Shown: positions 43,890 to 53,893 of the stretch, one piece after another
Layout of the letters: each line of letters starts with the position of its first letter
Position numbering within the stretch: position 1 is the first letter of the stretch
DNA from: Candidatus Omnitrophota bacterium
GTDB lineage: Bacteria; Omnitrophota; Gorgyraeia; Zapsychrales; JANLHA01
Direction of reading: 5' to 3'
NCBI GenBank assembly: GCA_020632535.1
Contig: JACKFJ010000002.1
Span: forward strand, 254,331 to 318,330
DNA: 64,000 nt
Made by a program: the position numbers and the translations under genes
Notes under the pieces: generated by a model
Database searches by the model: none
What the model was told of the DNA's origin: nothing
The model's input: the letters and a program-made list of their open reading frames with translations, nothing else

Positions 43890-45476
43890 ATGCCAAAATT
43901 AACAATTGATGGGAAAGAGATAGAAGTTCCGGCTGGCACAACAATTATTCAGGCTGCGGATAAGTTAGGTATCGCGATTCCGCGTTACTGTTATCATGAG
44001 GCATTGCCGGTTTCTGGAAATTGCCGCATTTGTATGGTTGACGTTGAAAAAATGGCTAAACCACAAATTGCCTGTTACACACCCGTCGCTGAGGGTATGG
44101 TTGTAAAGACGACATCGCAAAAAGTTATTGATGTTCGCAAAGCTGTTTTGGAATTCCTTCTTGTTAATCATCCTTTGGATTGCCCTGTGTGTGATCAGGC
44201 TGGCGAATGCAAATTGCAAGATTATTACATGGATCATGGCAAGTATGATAGTCGTCTCGATGATGTCAAAGTTAAAAAAGAAAAGAAGGCGATTTCTCTC
44301 GGGCCGACGGTAATGCTGGATCAAGAGAGGTGCATTCTTTGTACTCGTTGCGTGCGGTTTACAGATAATATTACCAAAACACATGAATTTGGTGTTTTTG
44401 ATCGTGGTGATCATTCACAGTTAGACTTGTATCCCGGTAAAGAGCTCAATAACAATTATTCGGGCAACGTTGTTGATATTTGTCCTGTTGGGGCTTTAAC
44501 GGATAAAGATTTTCGTTTTAAATGCCGCGTTTGGTATTTGAGTAAAACCAACTCTGTTTGTCCGGGTTGTAGTATGGGGTGCAACATTACCGTGGAATGG
44601 GATCGTTCCCGTCCGCATCAGCAAAAGAAAGCGCGTGTTATGCGTTTGAAACCACGTCTAAATCCCGATGTAAATAATTATTGGATGTGCGATGTTGGCC
44701 GTTATGCCTATCCTTCAATTGATGAGAATCGCATTTTGACGCCGCAGTTTAAGAATGACTTAATTTCGTGGGAAAAAGCTATCGCAATGATCGCGCAAGC
44801 GATCATGCCGCTTAGGAACGAAAAGCGTTTGGATAAAATCGGTGTTTTAGCGTCAGCACAGTTGACGAACGAAGATCTTTTTGTAATTCGCAAATTATTT
44901 AAAGACACGCTTAAGGGCGCGCATATTGATTTTAAAATGCCGGAGCAGTCAGGGAAGAGCGATGACTTTCTTTTGAAAGCTGATCGCAATCCAAATACCG
45001 CAGGCGCACTGGCCATTCTTGAATTACAAGATGGTGTTACTCAGCAAGTTATTCAAAAAGCCAAGGAAGGTCAGATAGATGTTTTATATGTCTTTGGTCA
45101 GGATTTGGTTAAATTATTTGGCAAAGTGACCGTTGAACAAATTGCAAAGAAAGTTAAACTTTTCATTTATCAGGGTAGCAATATTAATGACACGTGCAGT
45201 TATGCCCATTTAAATATTCCCAGTGCTGTTTATGCAGAAAAGGACGGAACTTTTACCAATGTTCAAAAACGTGTGCAAAGAATTCGTTCTGCTTTCTTGC
45301 CACTTGGTGAGGCCAAAGGTGATTGGGAAATTTTGTCGCTCCTTAGTCAAACATTAAACACACCGATTGTTTATAAAAACTCGAAAGAAATTTTTAAGGA
45401 TATGAGTGCGACGATCACGTCTTTTAGCGATATGAGTTATGACAAGATCGCTGATCAAGGAATGATATTAAAGTGA
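43890..45476 (+). CDS. nuoG: NADH-quinone oxidoreductase subunit G (short, 528 aa)
   Basis: N-terminal 2Fe-2S (CYHEALPVSGNCRICMV), HPLDCPVCDQAGEC, CILCTRCVRF, truncated molybdopterin-like domain. Confidence 0.88.
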   Translation: MPKLTIDGKEIEVPAGTTIIQAADKLGIAIPRYCYHEALPVSGNCRICMVDVEKMAKPQIACYTPVAEGMVVKTTSQKVIDVRKAVLEFLLVNHPLDCPVCDQAGECKLQDYYMDHGKYDSRLDDVKVKKEKKAISLGPTVMLDQERCILCTRCVRFTDNITKTHEFGVFDRGDHSQLDLYPGKELNNNYSGNVVDICPVGALTDKDFRFKCRVWYLSKTNSVCPGCSMGCNITVEWDRSRPHQQKKARVMRLKPRLNPDVNNYWMCDVGRYAYPSIDENRILTPQFKNDLISWEKAIAMIAQAIMPLRNEKRLDKIGVLASAQLTNEDLFVIRKLFKDTLKGAHIDFKMPEQSGKSDDFLLKADRNPNTAGALAILELQDGVTQQVIQKAKEGQIDVLYVFGQDLVKLFGKVTVEQIAKKVKLFIYQGSNINDTCSYAHLNIPSAVYAEKDGTFTNVQKRVQRIRSAFLPLGEAKGDWEILSLLSQTLNTPIVYKNSKEIFKDMSATITSFSDMSYDKIADQGMILK

Positions 45477-45498
45477 CACAAGGCGACGGATAGACAAT

Positions 45499-46593
45499 AT
45501 GACCTCTGCAGATATTTTTATTAAATTTTTATTGGCCAGCGGCACGATTTTGACAATGTTTAGTGTTGCCGGGCTTTTGACGTGGGTAGAGCGTAAACAA
45601 AGCGCGGTGATGCAGGATCGCATTGGTGCTAATCGAGCTTCAATTTTTGGTTTTAAAGCGTTTGGGCTTTTTCATGCGATTGCCGACGTACTCAAGATGC
45701 TTTCTAAGGAAGAATTTATTCCGCAAGGCGCGAATAAATTCTTATTTAACCTGGCACCGTATTTATCAGTTGTGTTTGCGCTTGTGGGGTTTGCGGCTAT
45801 ACCTATTGGTAATCAACTGATTATTGGTGATCGCGTCATTGAATTGCAGGCGGCGAATATCAATATCGCTTTGATTTTTATTTTTGCTTCAATGTCCATG
45901 GGTGTTTATGGCGTGGTTCTCGCCGGATTTTCTTCAAATAATAATTATGCATTCTTAGGCGGGATGCGTGGCGCGGCGCAGATGATTGCTTTTGAAGTAA
46001 CGATGGGTGCCGCAATTATGGGTGTCATTATGGTTTTTAATACAATTGATCTTCAGGCATTGGTGCGCGGCCAAGGCGCGTATCTTTTGGGTGGATGGAT
46101 TCCCAAATGGGGTGTTATTGTTCAGCCATTCGCATTTCTTTTATTTTTAACCGCCGCGATGGCCGGAACAAAACGCACTCCTTTTGATCTTCCAGAAGGC
46201 GAATCAGAAATTATTGGGTATTTTGTCGAATACAGCGGCATGAAATTTGGTATGTTTTTCTTGGCAGATTTGATTGAGACGGTTTTGGTCGCGGCGCTTA
46301 TGACGACATTGTTTCTTGGTGGATGGCAGGTGCTTTATTTGCATCCTGATGGATTTCATTTTCCGTGGGGTACATTTGTTGCAGTGCCACATTTGGCGGT
46401 AGTAGGTTTAGGTGTTTTGTCCTTTTTTATGAAATTAGCATTCTTTATTTGGGTGTTAATGGCAGTCCGTTGGACGTTACCCAGATTTCGCTATGATCAG
46501 GTTATGCGCTTGGGATGGAAAATTTTGCTTCCGGCATCATTGATCAATATTGCGGTCACAGCTATTGTAATTACTATTGCACAGTCATTTTAA
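45499..46593 (+). CDS. nuoH: NADH-quinone oxidoreductase subunit H
   Basis: LLTWVERKQSAVMQDRIGANR, RTPFDLPEGESEI, EYSGMKFGMFFLA. Confidence 0.92.
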   Translation: MTSADIFIKFLLASGTILTMFSVAGLLTWVERKQSAVMQDRIGANRASIFGFKAFGLFHAIADVLKMLSKEEFIPQGANKFLFNLAPYLSVVFALVGFAAIPIGNQLIIGDRVIELQAANINIALIFIFASMSMGVYGVVLAGFSSNNNYAFLGGMRGAAQMIAFEVTMGAAIMGVIMVFNTIDLQALVRGQGAYLLGGWIPKWGVIVQPFAFLLFLTAAMAGTKRTPFDLPEGESEIIGYFVEYSGMKFGMFFLADLIETVLVAALMTTLFLGGWQVLYLHPDGFHFPWGTFVAVPHLAVVGLGVLSFFMKLAFFIWVLMAVRWTLPRFRYDQVMRLGWKILLPASLINIAVTAIVITIAQSF

Positions 46594-46666
46594 TTAAAAT
46601 GCGATGTTGTGCTGTTTTTAATTGTTAATATTTAGATAAACAGTGCGTTATTTGTTAGGGTAGGGA

Positions 46667-47269
46667 ATGAAAAATTCGAGTGAAAATCGCAGGCAGGAAT
46701 TAGAAAAATACTTCGACGCTAAAGGGCCGTTTGCATTGTTTCGTGTGGCCCAAATGAAGCGCGCGTGGCAACAGTCTAATCGTCGGGAATTGACATGGTG
46801 GGAGAATACGTATATTCCATCGTTGTTTACGGGAATTTGGCTGACATCTAAACATTTTTTCTATAATTTTACATTTCATATTTTGCATTTGTTTGGATTG
46901 TATAAAAATGTTAAAGCAGCTGTCACGTTTGAGTATCCGGAAAAGCCACGTCCTTTAGCTGCGCGTTCGCGGACGCGGCATCGTTTGACAAAACGTGAAG
47001 ATGGTTCACCGCGATGTGTCGCGTGCATGATGTGTGAGACGGTTTGTCCCGCAAGATGTATCGAAATTACCGCGGCTGAACATCCGGATCCCCATATTGA
47101 GAAATATCCTGCTGAATTTATTCTTGATCTTGGAAAATGTGTTTATTGTGGTTTTTGTGTTGAAGTTTGTCCGGAAGACGCGATACGCATGGATACGGGT
47201 AAGCTTGATATCGCTGAATATTCTCGTGCCAGTATGATTTATAATAAAAAACGTTTGATGAACGAATAA
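46667..47269 (+). CDS. nuoI: NADH-quinone oxidoreductase subunit I (N-terminal extension of about 45 aa)
   Basis: Two 4Fe-4S motifs, CVACMMCETVCP and CVYCGFCVEVCP. Confidence 0.9.
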   Translation: MKNSSENRRQELEKYFDAKGPFALFRVAQMKRAWQQSNRRELTWWENTYIPSLFTGIWLTSKHFFYNFTFHILHLFGLYKNVKAAVTFEYPEKPRPLAARSRTRHRLTKREDGSPRCVACMMCETVCPARCIEITAAEHPDPHIEKYPAEFILDLGKCVYCGFCVEVCPEDAIRMDTGKLDIAEYSRASMIYNKKRLMNE

Positions 47270-47282
47270 TAAAGGGGTCCAA

Positions 47283-48365
47283 ATGGTTTTTATTTTTTCT
47301 TTACTTTTGATGGCCGGGATTGTTTGCGGTCAGATTTTTCAACTTGCAAACTTTCATACGTTTATATCTTTTGCTACCGCCGTGTGCCTTGCTTTTATTA
47401 TGATCGAGGTAGGGCTTGAATTTTCGATTGAAAAAAGATCTATTCGTAGTTATGGCTGGGATTCTTTGATCGCAGCAGGCGCGGCATTACTCCCGGCAAT
47501 TTTGTGGATCGGATATTTTTTGTATTTTCTTCAGAGTGAATGGAAATCCGCTTTATTGGCGGGTTTATCGTCGGCGCCGACATCGGCGGGTGTTCTTTTT
47601 GCAATGTTATCAGCCGCTGGATTGAGTGCCACTTGGGTTTTTAAGAAAGCGCGTATTCTCGCTGTGCTTGATGATCTTATCACAGTGCTTTTATTAACAC
47701 CGCTTGCGATTGTTATACACGGGTTTGAATGGAAATCAATTGCCACAATTACCATTATTGGACTCTGTGTTTTTGCGTCATTTCGCTGGCAGAATGATAT
47801 CAAATGGCCAGTCACCAAAAAATGGCTTTTGATTTATTCTTTTGTTTTAACAAGTATTGTTTTTATTATTCAGGCCACAACACATATGCATTTGGATGTT
47901 CTTATTCCGGCATTTATGTGGGGCTGTCTTGTTAAGTTGCCTAAGGGTGAGCATGCGGTTGAGAATGACGGCCCTGTTGTGCATATGACTTTAGATGTTG
48001 TGATTAAAGGATTGTTTATGATGCTTGTTGGGTTAAGTTTACCAAAAATTGTTATGGGAACAAATTCTTTAACGGCAACTGTCTGGGACGTTTTGTTGTT
48101 AACCATTTTGGCAAATCTTGGGAAACTATTTCTTATTTTTTGTTATACAGGTGAAGCCAATCTTAAACAAAGACTGGCTCTTGGTATTGCGATGTTTCCG
48201 CGCGGAGAAGTTGGCGCCGCTGTTTTGCTCATTGGTGTGGGATATGGCTTGGCGGGATATGACAATACGCTTGCGGTTTTAAGCTTAGCTTTGAATTTAG
48301 TTTTGACGGGTGGATTTATTTGGGCGGTTATAAAACTGCTTCAGAGTAATGTGCAAAAGACTTGA
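47283..48365 (+). CDS. cation:proton antiporter, CPA2-like (DD motif)
   Basis: About 11 TM helices, IEVGLEFS, APTSAGV, ILAVLDDLITVLLL. Starts 13 nt after the nuoI stop. Confidence 0.7.
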   Translation: MVFIFSLLLMAGIVCGQIFQLANFHTFISFATAVCLAFIMIEVGLEFSIEKRSIRSYGWDSLIAAGAALLPAILWIGYFLYFLQSEWKSALLAGLSSAPTSAGVLFAMLSAAGLSATWVFKKARILAVLDDLITVLLLTPLAIVIHGFEWKSIATITIIGLCVFASFRWQNDIKWPVTKKWLLIYSFVLTSIVFIIQATTHMHLDVLIPAFMWGCLVKLPKGEHAVENDGPVVHMTLDVVIKGLFMMLVGLSLPKIVMGTNSLTATVWDVLLLTILANLGKLFLIFCYTGEANLKQRLALGIAMFPRGEVGAAVLLIGVGYGLAGYDNTLAVLSLALNLVLTGGFIWAVIKLLQSNVQKT

Positions 48366-48369
48366 TGGA

Positions 48370-48391
48370 TAGGAAATTTTCTATTTTCCTA
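48370..48391. terminator. weak AT-rich hairpin at the convergent junction (possible bidirectional terminator)
   Basis: TAGGAAA (48370-48376) / TTTCCTA (48385-48391), lying in the 15-nt gap and overlapping the lexA stop codon. Confidence 0.3.
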
Positions 48392-48986
48392 GTTTTCGAA
48401 TGACTGTTAGGACAATACCGATAATAGAAAATTCGGAAGTCAGTGGAATAGAATGATATTTAGGGTTCGCGGGTTCTAGAAAGTATTGACCATTTGTCTT
48501 TTTTAAATATTTGACTGTGGCTTCTTCACCCTGAAGAGCTACGACGATTTCTCCAGCTTCCGCAACACTTTGCTGACGTACGATCACCAAATCAAGGGGC
48601 ATAATGCCCGCGTTGATCATGCTGTCGCCTTTAACCCGCAATCCAAACACGTCCATATTGGAAAAGATTAAATCATCGAGATTTAAATACTCATCAATAT
48701 TTTCTACGGCAAGTGTGGGTAAACCCGCTTGCACGGTTCCGATAATGGGAATGGAAAAAATATTTTCTTTGATGATTTCAATAGCGCGTGATTTCTTTTC
48801 GGAAATTTTGATGAAACCTTTTTGAACTAATGCTTTGAGGTGATCTTGCACGGAGCCGACAGATGCAAAACCAAAATGTGAGGCGATCTCACGCAGGCTT
48901 GGTGGTAGTTGGCTGTTTTTGATTTCGTTATAAATAAAACGAAGGATTTCTCTTTGCCGTTCGGTCAGTGTTGATAGTTTATTCAT
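48381..48986 (-). CDS. lexA: LexA repressor
   Basis: N-terminal wHTH (LTERQREILRFI...PSLREIASHFGF), cleavage region, S24 peptidase Ser/Lys (GDSMINAG...TVKYLKK). Confidence 0.9.
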   Translation of the reverse strand: MNKLSTLTERQREILRFIYNEIKNSQLPPSLREIASHFGFASVGSVQDHLKALVQKGFIKISEKKSRAIEIIKENIFSIPIIGTVQAGLPTLAVENIDEYLNLDDLIFSNMDVFGLRVKGDSMINAGIMPLDLVIVRQQSVAEAGEIVVALQGEEATVKYLKKTNGQYFLEPANPKYHSIPLTSEFSIIGIVLTVIRKLGK

Positions 48987-48993
48987 AAAATGA

Positions 48994-49023
48994 ATAATAC
49001 TATACAGATGTACGGTATGTCAA
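48994..49023 (-). promoter_or_regulatory. candidate lexA promoter with embedded palindrome
   Basis: On the minus strand: TTGACA (49023-49018), palindrome TACATCTGTA (49012-49003), TAGTAT/TATTAT (49002-48994). The ATG lies 8-11 nt after the -10 with no Shine-Dalgarno sequence. Confidence 0.4.
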
Positions 49024-49038
49024 ATAATTTGATGAAAT

Positions 49039-50487
49039 TTAAAAGTGAAGAAGATACATTCCTTTAACGGATGCGATGGCAGCATCGAGGAATGGGCCTT
49101 GACAAATTCCAATTCCAATGATGGCGAGCATAGAAAGGATAAGGATAAGTCGCATTGGTAAAGAGACAGCAATTAAAGATGTTGAGTTGGGTGTATCGAC
49201 ATATATTTTTTTAACAATCATCAAATAATAATACAGCGAGATCACGATATTAATACCAGCAATTAAAGCTAGCCAGATGAAACCACTTTCGATAATAGCC
49301 ATGAGCAATGCAAATTTTCCGAAAAAACCTGCCAAAGGAGGTAAACCCGCCAAAGATATAAGCGCGATGAGTAGTGTTCCAGCCAAAATTCCAGAACGAC
49401 GAGCCAGTCCTGCATAATCCGCGATATCGTCGCTTTTGACAGCGATGGAGAATAAGATAATGACCAAAAATGCGGCGAGATTAGTGAACAAATATCCGAG
49501 TAGATAGAAATTCATTGCTGATGCACCAATCATTGATCCGGCAGCTGCGCCCATAAGAAGATAGCCGGCATGACTAATGCTTGAATAGCCGAGCAGACGT
49601 TTAATGTTGGTCTGAAACATGGCAACAAGATTTCCGTAGCACATCGTAATAGCTGAAAGGACGGCAAGTAAAATACTCCATTCGGCGTGCCAGGGTCCGA
49701 ATATTCCGAAAAAAAGACGAATGAGAATGATGAATCCGGCGGCTTTAGATCCGACGGACAAAAGTGCCGTGACAGGTGTCGGGGCGCCCTGATAAACATC
49801 CGGAACCCACATGTGAAAAGGTACTGCCACAATTTTGAAACCTACGGCCGCGAATATTAATACCATCGCAAAAAGCATGAGCGGCGAAATCGAATGTGTT
49901 GCAGTAAACATTTGAATAGCCGCAAAACGTGTTGAGTGCGTGATTCCATAGAGAAAACTAATGCCATAAAGGAAGAATCCAGACGATAAAGCGCCAAGAA
50001 TCAAATATTTCATGCCGGCTTCAATGGAGAGCTTGTCGCTTCTTAGATATGCGGTCATAACATAAAGTGAAATCGTTAGAATTTCGATCGAAATAAAAAG
50101 TAAAAGAAAATCCGCAGACGAAGCGATCAGGCACATACCAAGCAGAGACAACCACAATAATAAATAGAATTCATTGCGACGCTCGCCTAAGAATTTGAAG
50201 AATTGTTGCGTCATGACAAAGATAAAGATCATGGTTATAAGGAAAAATCCTTTAAAAAACCATGACAATGAATCTGACACAAACATACCGCTAAACGTGA
50301 TGCCGGTGACGCTTTGCTGTGTTGTCCAAAATACGATTAGACCTAATAGCGCGGTAAAGCTGGCGAAGCCGAGCCAATCATTTTTTGTGCCTTTCGGCAG
50401 AAGAATATCCAATATGACCAAAGACACAAGGGTCAATGTGATAAGGATTTCTAAAGAAATCAAATTCCATGCAATGACAGGTAACAT
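49039..50487 (-). CDS. nuoN: NADH-quinone oxidoreductase subunit N
   Basis: 14-TM antiporter-like subunit; FKIVAVPFHMWVPDVYQGAPTPVTA; LLGYSSISHAGY. Confidence 0.9.
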   Translation of the reverse strand: MLPVIAWNLISLEILITLTLVSLVILDILLPKGTKNDWLGFASFTALLGLIVFWTTQQSVTGITFSGMFVSDSLSWFFKGFFLITMIFIFVMTQQFFKFLGERRNEFYLLLWLSLLGMCLIASSADFLLLFISIEILTISLYVMTAYLRSDKLSIEAGMKYLILGALSSGFFLYGISFLYGITHSTRFAAIQMFTATHSISPLMLFAMVLIFAAVGFKIVAVPFHMWVPDVYQGAPTPVTALLSVGSKAAGFIILIRLFFGIFGPWHAEWSILLAVLSAITMCYGNLVAMFQTNIKRLLGYSSISHAGYLLMGAAAGSMIGASAMNFYLLGYLFTNLAAFLVIILFSIAVKSDDIADYAGLARRSGILAGTLLIALISLAGLPPLAGFFGKFALLMAIIESGFIWLALIAGINIVISLYYYLMIVKKIYVDTPNSTSLIAVSLPMRLILILSMLAIIGIGICQGPFLDAAIASVKGMYLLHF

Positions 50488-50573
50488 AAATGAGTCCTTA
50501 ACTTACGCAACGAAGAATAAGTGGCGTAAGTTTACTGATAAATTTATACCGAGACACAACGTGTCTTGGTAGT

Positions 50574-52055
50574 TTAATTTTTACTTACAATATTTTCAAT
50601 AATCGGCTTCGTGCTTGATCCGATATGATTCAAGAGTAATGATGGCCAACATCCAACGACAATTAGAACCGCCAGCAAGAAAACAAAAGGCAATTTTGCG
50701 GTTAATGTTTCTGCGTCAGTTAATTTTTCCCAGCGTTTGGGAAGTGGTCCTTGAAAACCGATACGAATTGCTTTTAACATATAAATTGCGGTGATGACGA
50801 TTCCTAAGATTGCTAAAACAGTTTGTATTGGGTACTGATCCCAAGCTCCAAGTAAAACCATGATTTCAGCAACAAAATTTGCAAAACCCGGCACACCTGC
50901 AGACGCCAGAGCGGCCATGATAAAACAAGTTCCAACAAATGGCATGATTTTGACAAGTCCGCCTAATTCATCAATATTTCGGGTCTTGGTTTGGTCTGCG
51001 ATAAATCCGACGAGCGCGAAAGCCAGCGTTGCCATAATGCCGTGAGCAAACATTAAATAGACAACTCCATTAAGACCGATGATGTTAAAACACGCGAGGC
51101 CGAGTAAGATATAGCCCATGTGGCTGCAACTTGAATACGCTAAAATATATTTCAGATCGCGTTGTGTTAAAGCGACAAGTCCACAGAAAACAATATTTAC
51201 GACGGCAAGAACCGCGATGATTGGCATCCATGTGTGCGCGGCTTCCGGCATCAATTGGATTGCGAAACGGATAATGGCGTATGCGCCCATTTTTTTAAGA
51301 ACACCGGCATGCAACATGCTCACGGCTGTTGGCGCTTCGGCATAACCAACGGGTGCCCATGTATGAAACGGCCAAAGTGTTAACGTGATTCCAAATCCAA
51401 CAACGATAAGTGGAAAAATCCAATTTTGTATTTCTGTGGGGATTGGATGGTTTGCTAAATGAGATTGGATTTGTACGAGATCAAAAGTTTGTAATCCCGT
51501 GGCAAAATATAGACAAATCAATCCGATGAGAGCTAACGCCGCGCCAGCAACGAGATAAAGTGTTAGTTTCATGGCGGCGTATTCTTTGCGTCCTGTTCCC
51601 CAAATACCGATCATTAAAAAAATAGGAATAGCTGCAATTTCATGAAAGAAATAGAAAAAGAAAATATCGAGCGAAAGGAAAGCGCCATATGTTCCAGCAA
51701 CTGCGATCAAAAACATGATGTAATATTCTTTGACGCGTTCTTTGATGCCGCCGCTGATTAGAACTGCGGCAAATGACGTGATACCAAGAAGAAGAATGAG
51801 CATGGAGCTGATGCCATCAATTCCAAGGTGATAGGAAATATTAAAAGGAACAACCCACGGGATGTTTTGTATGAATTGATAGCCGCCAACAGCTGAGTTG
51901 TAAGCGCTAAAGAACCACACGGATAATAATGACACCACAAAGACCGTGAGGCAGGCGATTTTTCGGATCAGGGCGGATTTTTCCGCAGGGATCATGAAAA
52001 TGGTGGCCATACCAACCAATGGTAATAATAAAAATAAGGAGAGATTTAATATCAT
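50574..52055 (-). CDS. nuoM: NADH-quinone oxidoreductase subunit M
   Basis: FHTWAPVGYAEAPTAVSMLHAGVLKKMG. Start set at the ATG at 52055, giving an ATGA overlap with the nuoL stop. The longer ORF-track N-terminus overlaps nuoL and is non-hydrophobic. Confidence 0.88.
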   Translation of the reverse strand: MILNLSLFLLLPLVGMATIFMIPAEKSALIRKIACLTVFVVSLLSVWFFSAYNSAVGGYQFIQNIPWVVPFNISYHLGIDGISSMLILLLGITSFAAVLISGGIKERVKEYYIMFLIAVAGTYGAFLSLDIFFFYFFHEIAAIPIFLMIGIWGTGRKEYAAMKLTLYLVAGAALALIGLICLYFATGLQTFDLVQIQSHLANHPIPTEIQNWIFPLIVVGFGITLTLWPFHTWAPVGYAEAPTAVSMLHAGVLKKMGAYAIIRFAIQLMPEAAHTWMPIIAVLAVVNIVFCGLVALTQRDLKYILAYSSCSHMGYILLGLACFNIIGLNGVVYLMFAHGIMATLAFALVGFIADQTKTRNIDELGGLVKIMPFVGTCFIMAALASAGVPGFANFVAEIMVLLGAWDQYPIQTVLAILGIVITAIYMLKAIRIGFQGPLPKRWEKLTDAETLTAKLPFVFLLAVLIVVGCWPSLLLNHIGSSTKPIIENIVSKN

Positions 52056-53893
52056 AAAGTTTTGAGCAAGATGAAATACACGACAACAGTTCCTAGAACA
52101 AAAACTAAAGCATAAAACTGTACCATGCCGGTTTGTAAGTGTTTTAAGATTTTCCCTGTAGCATTGGCTGCGCTGATTAGGCCGCCCACACCGAAACGGT
52201 CGATCAATAAAGTTTCGAACCACGCTGATGCAATTGCAATGCCCTGCTGAAGACGATCGACATACCAGCCATAGATTGCATCAAAATAATATTTGTTTTT
52301 TAGGACAGAATAAAACGGTCCTAATTTCTTTTCTAAGGGGTCAACAGCGGGACGTTTGCTATACATTACGAAAGAGACAAAGAGTCCTAAGATTGCAAGC
52401 ACTGACGAGATTATAGCAACACGCATATTCAAATGCGGGTGTTCGTTTTCCGGAAAAAGAAAATGGGGAATCCCAATAAATCCACCGATGATTGAGAGAA
52501 CAGCTAAAAAAATCAGAGGAAAAGTCATGATTGTCGGAGATTCGTGAGCGTGATCGTTTTTTGACGGCTCACCCCAGAACGCGATCCAGAATAAACGACC
52601 CATATAAAAGGCAGTCAACGCGGAAGCAAGCGATGCTATCCAATAAAGCAAAGTGTTATGTTCAAATGCTAGAGCAAGAATTTCATCTTTGCTCCAAAAC
52701 CCGCTTAAAGGAAATATTCCGCATAGTGCGAGCGTTCCGATAAGAAAGGTAATTCCTGTAATAGGCATAGTTTTTAAGAGTCCACGCATTTTCCAAATAT
52801 TTTGTTCATGATGAAGCGCGTAAATTACACTACCGGCACCTAAGAAGAGCAAGGCTTTAAAAAACGCGTGTGTTGTTAAGTGGTACATGCCCGGCATCGG
52901 TCCACTTAACCCTAAGGCCATGACCATAAGTCCAAGTTGGCTAAGTGTCGAGTAAGCTAAAATACGTTTGATATCATTTTCTGCAACAGCAAGAGTTGCT
53001 GCCATAAGCGCGGTGATACCGCCGACATACGCGATTACAGTTAATGCGGTGGTAAGTGGTTCAAAGATAAAGAAAGTGCGGGCCAAAAGATAAACACCGG
53101 CCGCGACCATGGTTGCGGCGTGAATAAGTGCGCTTACCGGTGTTGGGCCTTCCATGGCATCAGCAAGCCAAACATGTAAAGGTATTTGTGCGGATTTTCC
53201 AACGACACCGCAGAAAAGTAATAAAGCTGCAATTGTTAAAAGATGGGGATCAATTTGTGGAATTGCGGCCGCGATATCCGTTAATTGAAAGCTTCGGCCT
53301 TGACCGATATCAGAAAGAGCCCACAACATGATGATGCCGCACAAAAATCCAAAATCTGCGAAACGGTTGACCATAAAAGCCTTGACTCCCGCGTCGGCCG
53401 CTGAAGGTTTGTGATACCAGAATCCGATGAGTAAATACGAGCTCAAACCCACAAGTTCCCAGAAAATAAAAAGTTGAATAAAATTATTTGCGAGGACAAT
53501 TCCAATCATGGAAAAGGCAAAAAGACTTAAGAATGCGAAGAATCGAGGCATGCTTGGATCATCAGCCATATATCCGCGGGAATAGATAAAGATCGCGCTT
53601 CCAACGCCGGTGACAACGAGCATCATCATAATGGCGAGTGGATTGATAAGAAAACCGAAATTGATGGTTAGAGCATCAAATTGTATCCATGGCAAAGATT
53701 GTTGAATTTCTAATGCGGGATGTGTTTTAAAGATATCTGTCGCCATGATGATTGTGCAAGCAAAGGATGTTAGAATGCCAGCAATCGCGGTAAGGGAGCT
53801 TAAGTTCTTGGAGCGCAGAAAGAAAAGCGTGATAATCACGCAAGCCACAAGCGGGGCAAAATAAGCTGTCCAAACAATGTTCGGATTTACCAT
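52052..53893 (-). CDS. nuoL: NADH-quinone oxidoreductase subunit L
   Basis: GKSAQIPLHVWLADAMEGPTPVSALIHAATMVAAG; long C-terminal lateral-helix region. Confidence 0.92.
   Translation of the reverse strand: MVNPNIVWTAYFAPLVACVIITLFFLRSKNLSSLTAIAGILTSFACTIIMATDIFKTHPALEIQQSLPWIQFDALTINFGFLINPLAIMMMLVVTGVGSAIFIYSRGYMADDPSMPRFFAFLSLFAFSMIGIVLANNFIQLFIFWELVGLSSYLLIGFWYHKPSAADAGVKAFMVNRFADFGFLCGIIMLWALSDIGQGRSFQLTDIAAAIPQIDPHLLTIAALLLFCGVVGKSAQIPLHVWLADAMEGPTPVSALIHAATMVAAGVYLLARTFFIFEPLTTALTVIAYVGGITALMAATLAVAENDIKRILAYSTLSQLGLMVMALGLSGPMPGMYHLTTHAFFKALLFLGAGSVIYALHHEQNIWKMRGLLKTMPITGITFLIGTLALCGIFPLSGFWSKDEILALAFEHNTLLYWIASLASALTAFYMGRLFWIAFWGEPSKNDHAHESPTIMTFPLIFLAVLSIIGGFIGIPHFLFPENEHPHLNMRVAIISSVLAILGLFVSFVMYSKRPAVDPLEKKLGPFYSVLKNKYYFDAIYGWYVDRLQQGIAIASAWFETLLIDRFGVGGLISAANATGKILKHLQTGMVQFYALVFVLGTVVVYFILLKTL

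Noticed and set aside
43965-44414. 149-aa minus-strand ORF inside nuoG, and similar antisense ORFs inside nuoD, nuoF, nuoL and pntB
   Set aside because: They are antisense to strongly conserved respiratory genes and have a low-complexity composition.
52056-52223. 56-aa N-terminal extension of nuoM in the ORF track
   Set aside because: It overlaps the nuoL 3' end, is Arg/Cys-rich and is not hydrophobic. The ATG at 52055 gives the usual ATGA coupling and a typical NuoM N-terminus.
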